Below are positions 39,720-52,235 of a stretch of DNA of 64,000 bases, piece after piece (position 1 is the first letter of the stretch; each line of letters begins with the position of its first letter). The stretch comes from Paraspadella gotoi (Eukaryota > Animalia > Chaetognatha), in the NCBI GenBank assembly GCA_051294375.1, contig CM119268.1, forward strand, positions 45,437 to 109,436, given 5' to 3'. Below the pieces are notes generated by a model. That model ran no database searches and was not told the DNA's origin. It worked only from the letters and a program-made list of their open reading frames with translations. Position numbers and translations under genes: made by a program.

Positions 39720-39900
39720 ATGTTTATAAGGCAAACATCCGTCATTTAAATATAAGTGCTTCTTGGCAAATCTAATATTTTTTGAACATGCGGCAAAGGT
39801 TCCAATCCAAGAAAATGTCACTTTTAAGTCATTTTTGTCCATATTCACTTAACATTTCCAGAGACTTGAATGGGCAAAGCCATACCTGATTTCCTATTTT
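39720..39900 (-). pseudogene. Gypsy integrase C-terminal (GPY/F) remnant
   Basis: Minus-strand peptides KIGNQVWL and KVTFSWIGTF resemble the VGDxVWL...KLxxxWxGPF module. Interrupted by stops and frameshifts. Confidence 0.55.
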
Positions 39901-40433
39901 TCTTCTGACCGTGTTGACCGTGAATTTCAAATTGATGACGGCGGCGCGGCCATCCGGCATGCCTCCACAAATTGGAGTGAATTTCTCCTTTTTCAAATTT
40001 CTTTTAAAAAAATCAGCAACACGGCGAATCTAAACTCGAATTTTCCCGTCTTTTCTTTTTCGCGAGAAAGGCAGTAAATTTTCAAGCGCTTTAACTCTGC
40101 GCTGATGAACTCATGATGGAAGAGGCTGTTTTGACTTTGCCAAATTCCTGACCCGACTTTCTCCATGTTGAAAACATCATTTCCAGCTTCGTCTTTCCCG
40201 TCAGCAGCATCATCGGATTGGAGAAAAACTCACCATTGCATCATTCCGATCGACAGTGGCTTTTCTTTGAAATGTGTCGTCGGCAGCTTCGTAGTCAGCA
40301 TCAATGCGTTGTTGCATCGCTGCGTTTGTTGCGTTGGTTGTATGTGTTGCGTCGGCTGCATTTGTTGCGTTTGTGGCTTACCGGCACACCTGGCTCCATT
40401 CGGCGTTTCGACTACCGTCTCCAGTCCGTCGAG

Positions 40434-40700
40434 TCATGTTCCTCTCATCTTCCTCCTCAGCTCGAAATGCCTGATCTCATTCTCCCTTTCCCTTCTCCTT
40501 AAATCCAACTGCCTTTCCTTATTTTCCAGCTCCAACCTCAACTGCTTTTTCTTACTCTCTAACTCCAGCTTCAACCTTTCAATTTCCAACCTGTCTTTCT
40601 CTTCCGCGGCTTTCGCCATCTCGACCAGGCGGCGCCGCTGCGACGCCCGGGAGCTGCGGGATCCGCCGACATCACTGATCCTCCCCTCTTTGGCGACGAT
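40434..40700 (-). pseudogene. gag-like coiled-coil N-terminal remnant
   Basis: SRSSRASQRRRLVEMAKAAEEKDRLEIERLKLELESKKKQLRLELENKERQ, located downstream of the 5' LTR/UTR. The frame is broken afterwards. Confidence 0.5.
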
Positions 40701-40914
40701 GCAGAGGACCCACCGTACGTGACATAATGCAATATAATCAACGGCAATTCGGCAGAAAATAAATAATAAGACAATTTGTTTTTTGTATTTTATTTGTGAC
40801 TGCGTGAGTGACGACCGGTACACAATTTCTCCGTTTTCTATCTGCGCGAGTGATATATACGTACCAGCTGTAAACTGAATGAATCTAGATCTCCAGGTAA
40901 TAAACGATTAGTAA

Positions 40915-41125
40915 GCTTCAGCTCTTGGCGCCGCTTCAGCTCTTGTGCCGCTTCGGCTCTTGACGCCGCTTCAGCTCTTGATGCCGCTTCAGCTTAAGGC
41001 GCTTACTCTACGCCGCTTCAGCTCTTGGCGCCGCTTCAGCTCTTGACGCCGCTTCTGCTCTTGACGCCGCTTCAGCTCTTGACGCCTTCAGCTCTTGGCG
41101 CCGCTTCAGCTCTTGGCGCCCGCTT
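40915..41125. repeat. ~20-bp tandem array in the 5' UTR of the LTR element
   Basis: Unit GCTTCAGCTCTTG(G/A)CGCC, about 10 copies. Confidence 0.9.
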
Positions 41126-41204
41126 CGACTCTCGTGCTGTGGGAGTTAGCTCACCTGCGCAGAATGTCGGCGCCGCTCCAACCAAGGCGCAATCACCAGC
41201 CAGA

Positions 41205-41536
41205 TGTATTAAATATCAACTAGTAAGTATGGTACTCTCCTGTGCTCCTATCAGCGACAACCATTTACTACGTTCAACAGAGTAGTAGTAGTAGGAGGAG
41301 TAGTAGTAGAAATAGTACATCTTAGGCTTCCCATAGTCTAAGTGACATAATTTCGCATAAATTAAAGAAAAGAAAAATAATTCAAATCTCGTTCAGCTCC
41401 GTCTTCTTGGCACCGCGTCTCTAATCTCTAAGCGCCGAATCTTAGCGCCGGTTCGCTTAATCAGCGTCCCGACACTAAGCGTCCGCCACGCCCAGTGCTA
41501 TGCCAGCGGCGCCATATCGTGCCGTCTTATTATACA
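41205..41536 (-). repeat. 5' LTR
   Basis: TGTATTAAATA...TATTATACA. Followed on the minus strand, after 2 nt, by TGGCTGGTGATTG (PBS-like, 41202-41190; primer tRNA not identified). Confidence 0.88.
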
Positions 41537-41539
41537 ATA

Positions 41540-41792
41540 ACTAATCCTTAAACCTTAAACCCTAACCCTCAGCTTAGGTTAAGGATTTAGTGTTAGAGCT
41601 TAGGTTAAGGATTTAGTGTTAGAAGCTCTAACACTAAATCCTTAACCTAAGCTTTAACCCTAAATTCTTAACCTAAGCTCTAACCCTAAATCCCTAACCT
41701 AAGCTCTAACCCTAAATCCCTAACCTAAGCTCTAACACTAAATCCCTAACCTAAGCTCTAACCCTAAACCCTTAACTTTAACCCCTAACCAC
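41540..41792. repeat. telomere-like ~26-bp minisatellite (CCCTAA-derived) with an inverted segment; duplicate ~49160-49480
   Basis: Unit CTAACCCTAAATCCCTAACCTAAGCT; 41571-41622 is in inverted orientation. Confidence 0.85.
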
Positions 41793-42101
41793 AAATCTAA
41801 TTTTCAAACGTTACCTTTGAAAAATATGTCCTGTTATTGTGATTCTATTGTGAAAAAAATATTATGAAATTTTTTTTGTATCACGATGCAGAAACGATTC
41901 GTGATTGACCGCATTCTCAACTCACGCCAAATCACCCACATCCTAAGCCCACTTTATTGCCCACACTCCCCCACACTCTTCTTCTTTATCCATCAAACCA
42001 GCGCCTCTGCACCTCCTGACCCACAGGACGTGAACTCTGACCTTTTCACATCTGCACCTCGCAACGCCAGAGACGTCGACTCTGCATCTGTTTTTGAGAG
42101 T

Positions 42102-42141
<40 letters not shown>

Positions 42142-42523
42142 CACAAAGAGAGAAGGAGCAAGAAAAAAGAGAGAAAAGAGAAGAAAAAACAAGATTAGTG
42201 CCCCAAAATCTGTTTTATAAAATTTTCAAATATTTTTAACCTCTTAAGATTTACAGTTAGGTATTCTTTCTCTCAGTATTTAGTAAACGTTTTTTCGGCC
42301 TATCAAAGACATATTCTCATAAATCATCGCTTTACTATGTAACCAATATTCACTATTTTAAAGAAACATAAAGCCTCCAGGCTTCTTTAAAAAATTATTA
42401 TTCCAGAAAAAAAATAGCATTTATATACAAGTAAAAACTGAAATTTTTGATAAAATTATTATTTTCTTCAAAGCATTTAACTCGTCCTCTTTATAAAATC
42501 GTTATGTAACCAAATGTTAATAT

Positions 42524-42648
42524 TGTGGATAAGACGCTAACTGCGAAGTGGACTGAAGACGAAAGGCTAAAATGGAAAGGGTCCAGGGCTTCGAACCAGG
42601 CTTGAGGGTTTCCCAGGCCAACAAGGCGGTGTACAATGCCTGACTACA
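42524..42648 (-). mobile_element. internally deleted family-B element (125 bp); noisy duplicate at ~50229-50350
   Basis: Minus TGTAGTCAGGCATTG...ACCGCCTTG..CCCTCAAGCCTGGTTCGAAGCCC..TTATCCACA. Perfect TSD ATAT (42520-42523 and 42649-42652). Lacks the tRNA head and the 5' twister half. Confidence 0.75.
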
Positions 42649-43280
42649 ATATATCTTCTTTTTTACAAATTGTCTTTTCTTTTCTTTTCTTTTCTTTTTT
42701 ACAAATTGTCTTTTCTTTTATTCTCAAATTTCCTTTCGCTCTCGTCATCGTCCTCTAAAAAAATACGAGTGAATTTAATCCCGAATTCAAAATCGCGTGA
42801 AAAACGAGGAAAACGTTTTATGTCAGAAGACGATGACGATGATGACGAAGAATATGACGATGACGAAGACGACAATGATGACGACGACAATGACGACGAC
42901 GACCATGATGATGACGACGATCATGATAACGACGACTGTGATGAAGACGAAGATGACGATGACGACGACGACGATGATTACGACGATGATGATGACAAAG
43001 ATGATAATGACAACGATGATGATAAATACGACAACGACAAAGATGACGACGATGATTAGAACGATGAAGATGATGACAATGAGGATGACAACGAAAACGA
43101 CGACGAAGAAGAAAATGACAACAAAGACGATGAAAATGATGATGATGACTACAACGACGATGATGATGATGACGATGATCTAAGCGTAAGCAATGAAATT
43201 GTAAACTATGTATATAGTTAACATTGTAAATTTATTCTTAATTTATTTTACGTTTAGGTACAGGGTTGGGACCCTATGTA

Positions 43281-44115
43281 CAGGGTTGGGACCCTATGTC
43301 GAGACAAAGATCAACGTCCTGCCCTGTCTGAACCATTTGAGGTACAATAATAAAATTTTTTTAGGGCTTTTATATACAATGAAAAAAAAACATTAAGCAA
43401 CTACAAGGCGTCGTGGAATGTTTTTAAAAAAAATTAGTCGTTTTTATGCGCGCGCATTGTATTGCATATGATAAAAAGCTCATATATATTAATATCTTTC
43501 AGTAGGTCGTTTCTGACATGACAGTGTTATGTCACTTTAATTCACCTGATTTTAAGCTTTTCATCACTATCCAAGTTAAGCCTATTTCATTTTTTTTTAG
43601 CTAAGTAAAAAAAAATTTTGGAAGATTATAATGAATATGCTTAAATTTTTCAAATACTTTATGTATGTCTTACCTTTTTGACGCTTTTATTTTGCATCAA
43701 CAAATCTTACATGATAAATTTAAATATCTGACAATATCGTTAATAAATATTTGATAAAAGTAACTTTAAATTAAAATCAAACCAAAACAGTAACTTATCC
43801 AAATCTTCCCTAATTTTTTTTTAACAAATTACCATGTACACCCTGCCAGAAGCATTATTATACTACAAATAATTACTTCCAAAAATATTTTTAACCTTTA
43901 TGTATTAGAATTAGATTTAACAGTATTCAAACATTTTCCTTCCAAACCTATCCATCAAAAAGAGCATAATATCAAAGAATTTCGAAACAGTTAATATATC
44001 GTCTAAAAGCTAAGAGAGAGTACTCTGCGAATATTTATTCAGATTTTTTAAATAATTAAGAGCTTTATTGTAATGATATTTTAAATTTTTGTCTAGATAT
44101 AGGGTCACACCCCTG
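43281..44115. mobile_element. Tc1/mariner-type non-autonomous MITE; duplicate ~50954-51803
   Basis: ~28-bp imperfect TIRs (CAGGGTTGGGACCCTATGTCGAGACAAA vs reverse complement CAGGGGTGTGACCCTATATCTAGACAAA), TA on both flanks, AT-rich non-coding interior. Confidence 0.75.
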
Positions 44116-44717
44116 TATAATGTATATATGTACAGCTCATTAACAATTGTATTGCTATTGTGTTAAACTTTCACATTTTGAGCAAATTAAACAAAATTAA
44201 ATCAAATCAACAACAACAACAACAACAACAACGACAAGGACCTTCGCTGCCAGATGACAGAAGAACTCTTGTTGCAGACGAGAAAATCTTTCCCATTTTT
44301 CATTTCCTACAAAAAAATTTAAAAATACTACTTTTTTGAAAAAAGAGGGTTTTTTGGTTTTGAAACTCTCTCTCTCNNNNNNNNNNNNNNNNNNNNNNNN
44401 NNNNNNNNNNNNNNNNNNNNNNNNNNNNNNNNNNNNNNNNNNNNNNNNNNNNNNNNNNNNNNNNNNNNNNNNNNNNNNNNNNNNNNNNNNNNNNNNNNNN
44501 NNNNNNNNNNNNNNNNNNNNNNNNNNNNNNNNNNNNNNNNNNNNNNNNNNNNNNNNNNNNNNNNNNNNNNNNNNNNNNNNNNNNNNNNNNNTCTCTCTCT
44601 CTCTCTCTCTCTCTGGGGAAGAAAACAAGGGATAAAAAACGAAACAAAACAAAAACAAAAGAGAAATCCTCTGTCGCTTCTTTTTTTTCATTTCAACGAC
44701 GAAAACAGAGAGGACAT

Positions 44718-46130
44718 CTTTTACTCTTCTTTTTACTTTTCTTTTTACTTTTCTTTTTACTTTTATTTTTACTTTTCTTTTACTCTTCTTTTTACTTTTC
44801 TTTTACTCTTCTTTTTAGTTTTCTTTTACTCTTCTTTTTACTTTTATTTTACTCTTCTTTTTACTCTTATTTTTACTCTTCGTTTTACTTTTCTTTTTAC
44901 TTTTCTTTTACTCTTCTTTTTACTCTTCTTTTTATTTTTATTTTTACTCTTCTTTTTACTTTTCTTTTACTCTTCTTTTTACTCTTCTTTTTACTTTTCT
45001 TTTACTCTTCTTTTTACTTTTCTTTTTACTTTTCTTTTACTCTTCTTTTTACTTTTCTTTTAACTTTTCTTTTACTCTTCTTTTTATTTTTATTTTTACT
45101 TTTCTTTTACTCTTCTTTTTATTTTTCTTTTTACTTTTCTTTTACTCTTCTTTTTATTTTTCTTTTTACTCTTCTTTTTACTTTTCTTTTACTCTTCTTT
45201 TTACTTTTCTTTTTACTTTTCTTTTACTCTTTTTTTTACTTTTCTTTTTACTTTTCTTTTACTCTTCTGTTTACTCTTCTTTTTACTTTTCTTTTACTCT
45301 TCTTTTTATNNNNNNNNNNNNNNNNNNNNNNNNNNNNNNNNNNNNNNNNNNNNNNNNNNNNNNNNNNNNNNNNNNNNNNNNNNNNNNNNNNNNNNNNNNN
45401 NNNNNNNNNNNNNNNNNNNNNNNNNNNNNNNNNNNNNNNNNNNNNNNNNNNNNNNNNNNNNNNNNNNNNNNNNNNNNNNNNNNNNNNNNNNNNNNNNNNN
45501 NNNNNNNNNNNNNNNNNNNNNNNNNNNNNNNNNNNNNNNNNNNNNNNNNNNNNNNNNNNNNNNNNNNNNNNNNNNNNNNNNNNNNNNNNNNNNNNNNNNN
45601 NNNNNNNNNNNNNNNNNNNNNNNNNNNNNNNNNNNNNNNNNNNNNNNNNNNNNNNNNNNNNNNNNNNNNNNNNNNNNNNNNNNNNNNNNNNNNNNNNNNN
45701 NNNNNNNNNNNNNNNNNNNNNNNNNNNNNNNNNNNNNNNNNNNNNNNNNNNNNNNNNNNNNNNNNNNNNNNNNNNNNNNNNNNNNNNNNNTTTACTTTTC
45801 TTTTACTCTTCTTTTTACTCTTCTTTTTACGCTTCTTTTTACTTTTCTTTTACTCTTCTTTTAACTTTTCTTTTAACTTTTATTTTTACTTTTCTTTTAC
45901 TCTTCTTTTAACTTTTCTTATTACTTTTTTTTTACTTTTCTTTTACTCTTCTTTTTACTCTTCTTTTCACTTTTCTTTTACTCTTCTTTTTACTTTTCTT
46001 TTACTTTTCTTTTACTCTTCTTTTAACTTTTCTTTTTACTTTTCTTTTTACTTTTCTTTTACTCTTCATTTAACTTTTCTTTTTAATTTTCTTTTACTTT
46101 TCTTTTAACTTTTCTTTTTAATTTTCTTTC
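44718..46130. repeat. 11-12-bp T-rich minisatellite (duplicate ~52400-53057)
   Basis: Units TTTTACTCTTC and TTTTACTTTTC; contains an N-gap. Confidence 0.9.
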
Positions 46131-47479
46131 CCTCTCTTTTTACATTTCTTTATTAACTTATGTTTTTTATTTCTTCTTTTAACCTATCTTTTATTTCTTT
46201 TTTTCATTTAGCTTTTTTTACTTCTTTTATATGTTTTTCTTATGTGTTTTGAATTATATTTTCTCTCTTTTCTTTTAACATCTTATTATTTAGTTTCTCT
46301 TAATCACATTTTGGTCTATCTGTTGGTCTATTAGTGAACATTACGTTAAATTAATAGAGAGAGTAATATACGTTTTTTCTGCTTTCCCAACTTTTTTCTC
46401 CTAATTTCTTATTTATCTTTTATCCTTACTTTATTCCTTAATTTTTCCTTTCTTTATTTACACTTTTGTTTTTGATACTTTTTCACATTTTTAAACGTCT
46501 TAACCTTTTTCTTTTTAATTAATTGTTTGAGCTTACTTAGTATTAATAAGTATTACTTAGTATTACTTAGTATCCCTCCTTTTTTTCTTACTTCCTTCTT
46601 TCTTTTCTCCCCTTCTACCTGGCATTTATTTCTTCCTTACTCCCTTTCCTTTTATTTCTCCTTTTCCTTTCCTCCTCCCTTTCCTTTCTTTCCTCCTTTT
46701 TTTTTCTTTCCTCCTCCCTTTCTTTTCTTCCTCCTTTTTCTTTTCTCTTCCCTTTCCTTTCCTCCTCCCTTTCCTTTCTTCTTCCCTTTCCTTTCTTCCT
46801 CCCTTTCTAATTTTCCTCCCTTTCCTTTCTTCCTCTTTTTTCTTTCCTCTACTCTCCCTTTCCTTGTTTTTCTTCGTGTTTACTCCCCTTAATCCTTTTG
46901 AGTCTCGCGGCTTAAGTCGAGTTGATGAATGAATGAGAAATGAGAAAAACGATGATGACGACGATGATGACGACGATGATGACGACGAAGACAACGCAAC
47001 GACTACAAAGATGACAATGACGACGATGAAGACGACGACGATGACGATGTCGACGTTGATGACGACCATGTCGACGATGAAGACAACACAACAATTACGA
47101 AGATGACAATGATGATGAAGACGACGACAATGATGATGATGATCATGATGACGACGAAGACAATGCAACAATTATGAAGATGACAATGATGACGACGATG
47201 ACGACGATGATGACGACCATGACGACGACGAAGACAACGCAACGACCACGATGATGACGATGATGATGAAGATGACGATGATGACGACCATAATGACGAT
47301 GAAGATAACTCAATGACCACGATGCTGACGATGATGAAGTCAACGACGATGACGACGATGACGATGACGACAACGATGACGACGATGACGATGAAAACAA
47401 CTTTTTACGAGGCAATAATGAGAACAATGTCTGTGACTAAAAAAAAATGATTATCGTTATTGATAATTATGATTATGAA

Positions 47480-47535
<56 letters not shown>

Positions 47536-47577
47536 CGATGATAACGTCGGGGGCCAAAACAAAGTCCACGAAAAATA

Positions 47578-47611
<34 letters not shown>

Positions 47612-48391
47612 ATGATTTAAATGACGCCTCGCGGACAAATGAAGACCCAAAGGCGAAAGGAAACAATTGAAAAGAAAAACGGGAAAAAATATAATCAGAA
47701 TGAAGAAAAAGAATGGAAGACTATAACAATATTATATAAATTATATGTTATAAAGTACGTATCCTGATAACAATTGAACAAACTAACGAATGAGCTCATG
47801 AATGAACGAATTATTTGATGTGTTTAGAAAAAATGATAACCTACAGGTAAAAAAATATTATATTATATAATAATAAAAAGAAAATAAATCAAAATAAAAA
47901 AATAAAATAAATGAAATAAAGAAAGAAAAAATATTTGAAAAAAAATAGAAATAAAATGAAATAAATTAAAATAATAAAAAGAAACTTATGTAATAGAAAC
48001 AACATCAACATGGATAAAAACGATAAAAATATAAAAACGATAGAATATAATAAGAATAGCTTGTCATAAAGATAGAAGAAAAAGGAAAATCAGAGGGAAA
48101 AGATAGAAGAGGAAGAAAAAGATACCAAAAAAAATAAAAAAAAGAGAATGGAGATAAGAAAGAAAAAAAAATCACAAAAAGCAAAAAAGCTAAAAAAAAG
48201 CGGAGAGAAAAAAGCAACAGGTTCGTTGAGTTTGGTTGAAAAAAAAATTGAAAGGAAAAAAACTTTGGTCGAAATGTTTTGACTTTTTGGTGTCAAGAGA
48301 GAAAATAGAGAAAAGAAGAGAAGAGAAGAGAAGAGAAGAGAAGAGAAGAGAAGAGAAGAGAAGAGAAGAGAAGAGAAGAGAAGAAAAAGTA

Positions 48392-48605
48392 TGTAGTGGG
48401 GCATTGCATAAGTTCACTCCGCCGGTAAGCATGTCACCCTCATAAGTCATGACTACTAGGTACCGGGTTCATTCCAACCTGCGGGAAGCGTGAGGACGGC
48501 CGTAAACTGCCTTGGGAAAACCCTAAAGCCTGGTTCCAAGACCAGGACCCGTTCCATGGCTGCTAGAGGGATAGCCATCTTCACCCACTTAGCGCCTTAT
48601 CAACA
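48392..48605 (+). mobile_element. family-B solo-LTR-like element
   Basis: TGTAGTG...TTATCAACA, flanks AGTA/AGGA (near 4-bp TSD), inserted in an (AAGAG)n tract. B-box-like GGTTCATTCC; the A-box region is deleted. Confidence 0.8.
48481..48552 (+). ncRNA. type-P5 twister-like motif, family B (best-preserved helices)
   Basis: GCGGG[P5] AA GCGT GA GGA CGGCCG TAA ACT GC CTTGGG-AAAA-CCCTAAAG[P3] CCTGG-TTCCAAGA-CCAGG[P4] A CCCGT[P5']. The last loop base is A instead of C. Predicted cut 48503/48504. Confidence 0.72.
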
Positions 48606-49790
48606 AGGAAGAGAAGAGAAAAAAAAAGAGAAAAGAGAAGAAGAGAAAAAAAAGAGAAGATAAGAGAAAAGAGTGGACTGTAAAGAAAAGAGAGAGGAAC
48701 TAAAAAGAAAGATTTAAAAATAGAAGAAAAAATGAGAAAAATAAAGGAAATTATTTACTAATTTGAAACATTTTTACTAGTTACTGATAAAACTCGCATG
48801 ACATTTAAATTCCAGCCACTTTACAACTACGCCTTTTTGTCCACATTTCTGTCACACATTCTCGCCAAGCCTCACACTTCCCTACCCACATATTTGTCCA
48901 CGTCCCAATAAAACCATAAAGTGTCGCTTCTAAATCGGACTCCTATGACGTTCAGCTTTGACCCTTAGAATGACCTCACCCTTTTCGTCAGATCGTTTTA
49001 CCTCCCAGTCCAACTTATCTAACATTTTTAGCCTTGCATTGCAATAAGTTCACTCTGCTTCAGTGGAAAGCCCTCAAACTAGTTCCAGCCCGGACCCGTT
49101 AAAAAAGTTCAAACTTAACACTTACCTAAATCCTTAACCTTATTCTCTAATTCAATAACTAATCCTTAAACCTTAAAAAAAACCCTAACCTCAGCTTAGG
49201 TTAAGGATTTAGTGTTAGAGCTTAGTTAAGATTTAGTGTTAGAAGCTCTACACAAAACCTTAACCTAAGCTTAACCCTAAATCCTTAACCTAAGCTCTAA
49301 CCCTAAATCCCTAACCTAAGCTCTAAACCCTAAATCCTAACTAAGCTCTAACACTAAATCCCTAACCTAAGCTCTAACCCTAAATCCTTAACCTAACCTC
49401 TAACCCTAAATCCCTAGCATAAGCTCTAACCCTAAGTCCTAACCTAAGTCTACCTAAATCCTTAACTTTACCCCTAACCACAAATCTAATTTTCAAACGT
49501 TACCTTGAAAAATATGTCCTGTTATGTGATTCTATTGTGAAAAAATATTATGAAATTTTTTTGTATCACGATGCAGAAACGATTCGTGATTGACCGCATT
49601 CTCACTCAGCGCCAATCACCCACATCCTAAGCCCCTTTTATTGCCCACACTCCCCCACACTCTTCTTCTTTATCCATCAAACCAGCGCCTCTGCACCTCC
49701 TGACCCACAGACGTGAACTCTGACCTTTTCACATCTGCACCTCGCAACCGCCAGAGACCGTCGACTCTGCATCTGTTTTTTGAGAGTGGG

Positions 49791-49828
<38 letters not shown>

Positions 49829-52036
49829 AGAGAGAAGAGAGAGAGAACCCACAAAAGAGAGAAGGAGCAAGAAAAAAGAGAGAAAAGAGAAGAAAAACAA
49901 GATTAGTGCCCCCAAATCTGTTTTATAAAATTTTCAAATATTTTTAACCTCTTACAGATTTTACAGTTAGGTATTCTTTACTCTCAGTTATTTAGTAAAC
50001 GTTTTTTCGGCTATCAAAGACATATTCTCATAAATATCGCTTTACTATGTAACCAATCTTCACTATTTTAAAGAAACAAAAGCTCCAGGCTTCTTAAAAA
50101 ATTATTATTCCAGAAAAAAAATAGCATTATATACAAGTAAAAACTGAATTTTTGATAAAAATTATTATTTTCTTCAAAAGCATTTAACTCGTCCTTTTAT
50201 AAAATCGTTATGTACCAAATGTTAAATATGTGGATAAGACGCTAAATGCGAAGTGGACTGAAGACAAAGGCTAAATGGAAAGGGTCCAGGCTTCGAACCA
50301 GGCTTGAGGTTTCCAGGCCCAACAAGGTCGGTGTACAAAGCTGACTACCATATATCCTCTTTTTTACAAATTGTCTTTTCTTTTCTTTTCTTTTCTTTTC
50401 TTTTTTTATCAATTGTTTTCTTTTATTCTCAAATTTCCTTTCGCTCTCGTCATCGTCCTCTAAAAAATGCGATGAATTTAATCCCGAATTCAAAATCGCG
50501 TGAAAAACGATGTGGAAAAGTTTTATGTCAGAAGACGATGACATGACAGAATATGACGATGACAGAAGACGACAATGATGACGACGACAATGACGACGAC
50601 GACCATGATGATGACGACCGATCATGATAACGACGACTGTGATGAAGACGAGATGACGATGCGACGACGACGATGATTACGACGATGATGATGACAAAGA
50701 TGATTAATGGACAACTGATGATGATAAATGCGACAACGACAAAGATACGACGATGATAGAACGATGAGATGATGACATGAGGATGACAACGAAAACGACG
50801 ACGAAGGAGAAAGACAACAAAGACGATGAAAATGATGATGATGACTACAACGACGATGATGATGATGACGATGATCTAAGCGTAAGCAATGAAATTGTAA
50901 ACATGTATATAGTAACAATTGTAAATTTATTCTTAATTTATTTTACGTAGGTACAGGGTGGGACCCTATGTACAGGTTGGGACCCTATGTCGAGACAAAG
51001 ATCAACGTCTGCCCTGTCTGAACCATTTGAGGTACAATGATAAAATTTTTTTTAGGGCTTTTATATACAATGAAAAAAAACATTAAGCAACTCTCAAGGC
51101 CGTCGTGGATGTTTTTAAAAAAAATTAGTCGTTTTTATGCGCGCGGCATTGGTATTGCATATGATAAATAAAGCAATATATATTAATATCTTTCAGTGGT
51201 CGTTTCTGACATGAACAGTGTTATGTCATATCTTTAATCACTGATTTTAAGCTTTCATCACTATCCAAGTTAAGCCTATTGCATTTTTTTTAGCTAAGTA
51301 AAAAAAAATTTTGGAAAAGATTATAAATGAATATGCTTAAATTTTTCAAATACTTTATGTATTGCTCTTACCTTTTGAACGCTTTTATTTTGCATCAACA
51401 AATTTAGATGAATAAATTTAAATATCTGACATATCGTTAATAATATTTGATAAAAGTAAACTTTAAATTAAATCAAAACCCATAAATAACTTATCCAAAT
51501 CTTCCCTAATTTTTTTTTTAACAAATACCATTACACCCTGCCAGAAAGCATTATTTTACTTACAAATAATTCTGTCCAAAAATATTTTTAACCTTATGTA
51601 TTAGAATTAGTATTTACAGTATTCAAACATTTTCCTTCCAAACCTATCCATCAAAAAGAGCATAATATCAAAGAATTCGAAACAGTTAATATATCGTCTA
51701 AAAGCTAAGAGAGAGTACTCTGCGAATATTATCAGATTTTAAAATAATTAAGAGCTTTATGTAATGATATTTTAAATTTTGTCTGATATAGGGTCACACC
51801 CTGTATAATGTATATATGTACAGCTCATTAACATTGTATGTTATTGTGTTAAATTTACTTTCACATTTGAGCAAATTAAACAAATTAATCAAATACAACA
51901 ACAACAACAACGACAGGACCTTCGCTGCCAGATGACCAGAAACTCTTTTGTGCAGACGAAAAATCTTTCCCATTTTTCATTTCCTACAAAAATTTAAAAA
52001 TATACTTTTTGAAAGAGAGGGTTTTTATGTTTGAAA

Positions 52037-52099
<63 letters not shown>

Positions 52100-52196
52100 A
52101 GGGTCGAAAGTGTCAACTTTTCGAAACCGAAAATGAAATTCTCGCCTCCAAAAAAGGAGAGAGTCATGGGGCGTCTCTGCCATTCGGTTTCTCTTT

Positions 52197-52235
<39 letters not shown>

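Larger units (their letters stand above)
38137..41536 (-). mobile_element. internally deleted, non-autonomous Ty3/Gypsy LTR retrotransposon (~3.4 kb)
   Basis: Two highly similar TGTA...TACA LTRs, a PBS-like TGGCTGGTG and a PPT-like GTGGGGAC, gag-like and integrase-tail remnants. Absent from the duplicate block at ~49150. Confidence 0.85.

Noticed and set aside
41540-41792. True telomere or chromosome fusion site
   Set aside because: Short degenerate 26-bp unit, interstitial. More like a repeat-associated minisatellite.
42670-43183. Asp-rich and Met/Thr-rich ORFs (also 46900-47660, 61534-61848, 63324-63509)
   Set aside because: (GAC/GAT)n trinucleotide microsatellites; no domain or splice support.
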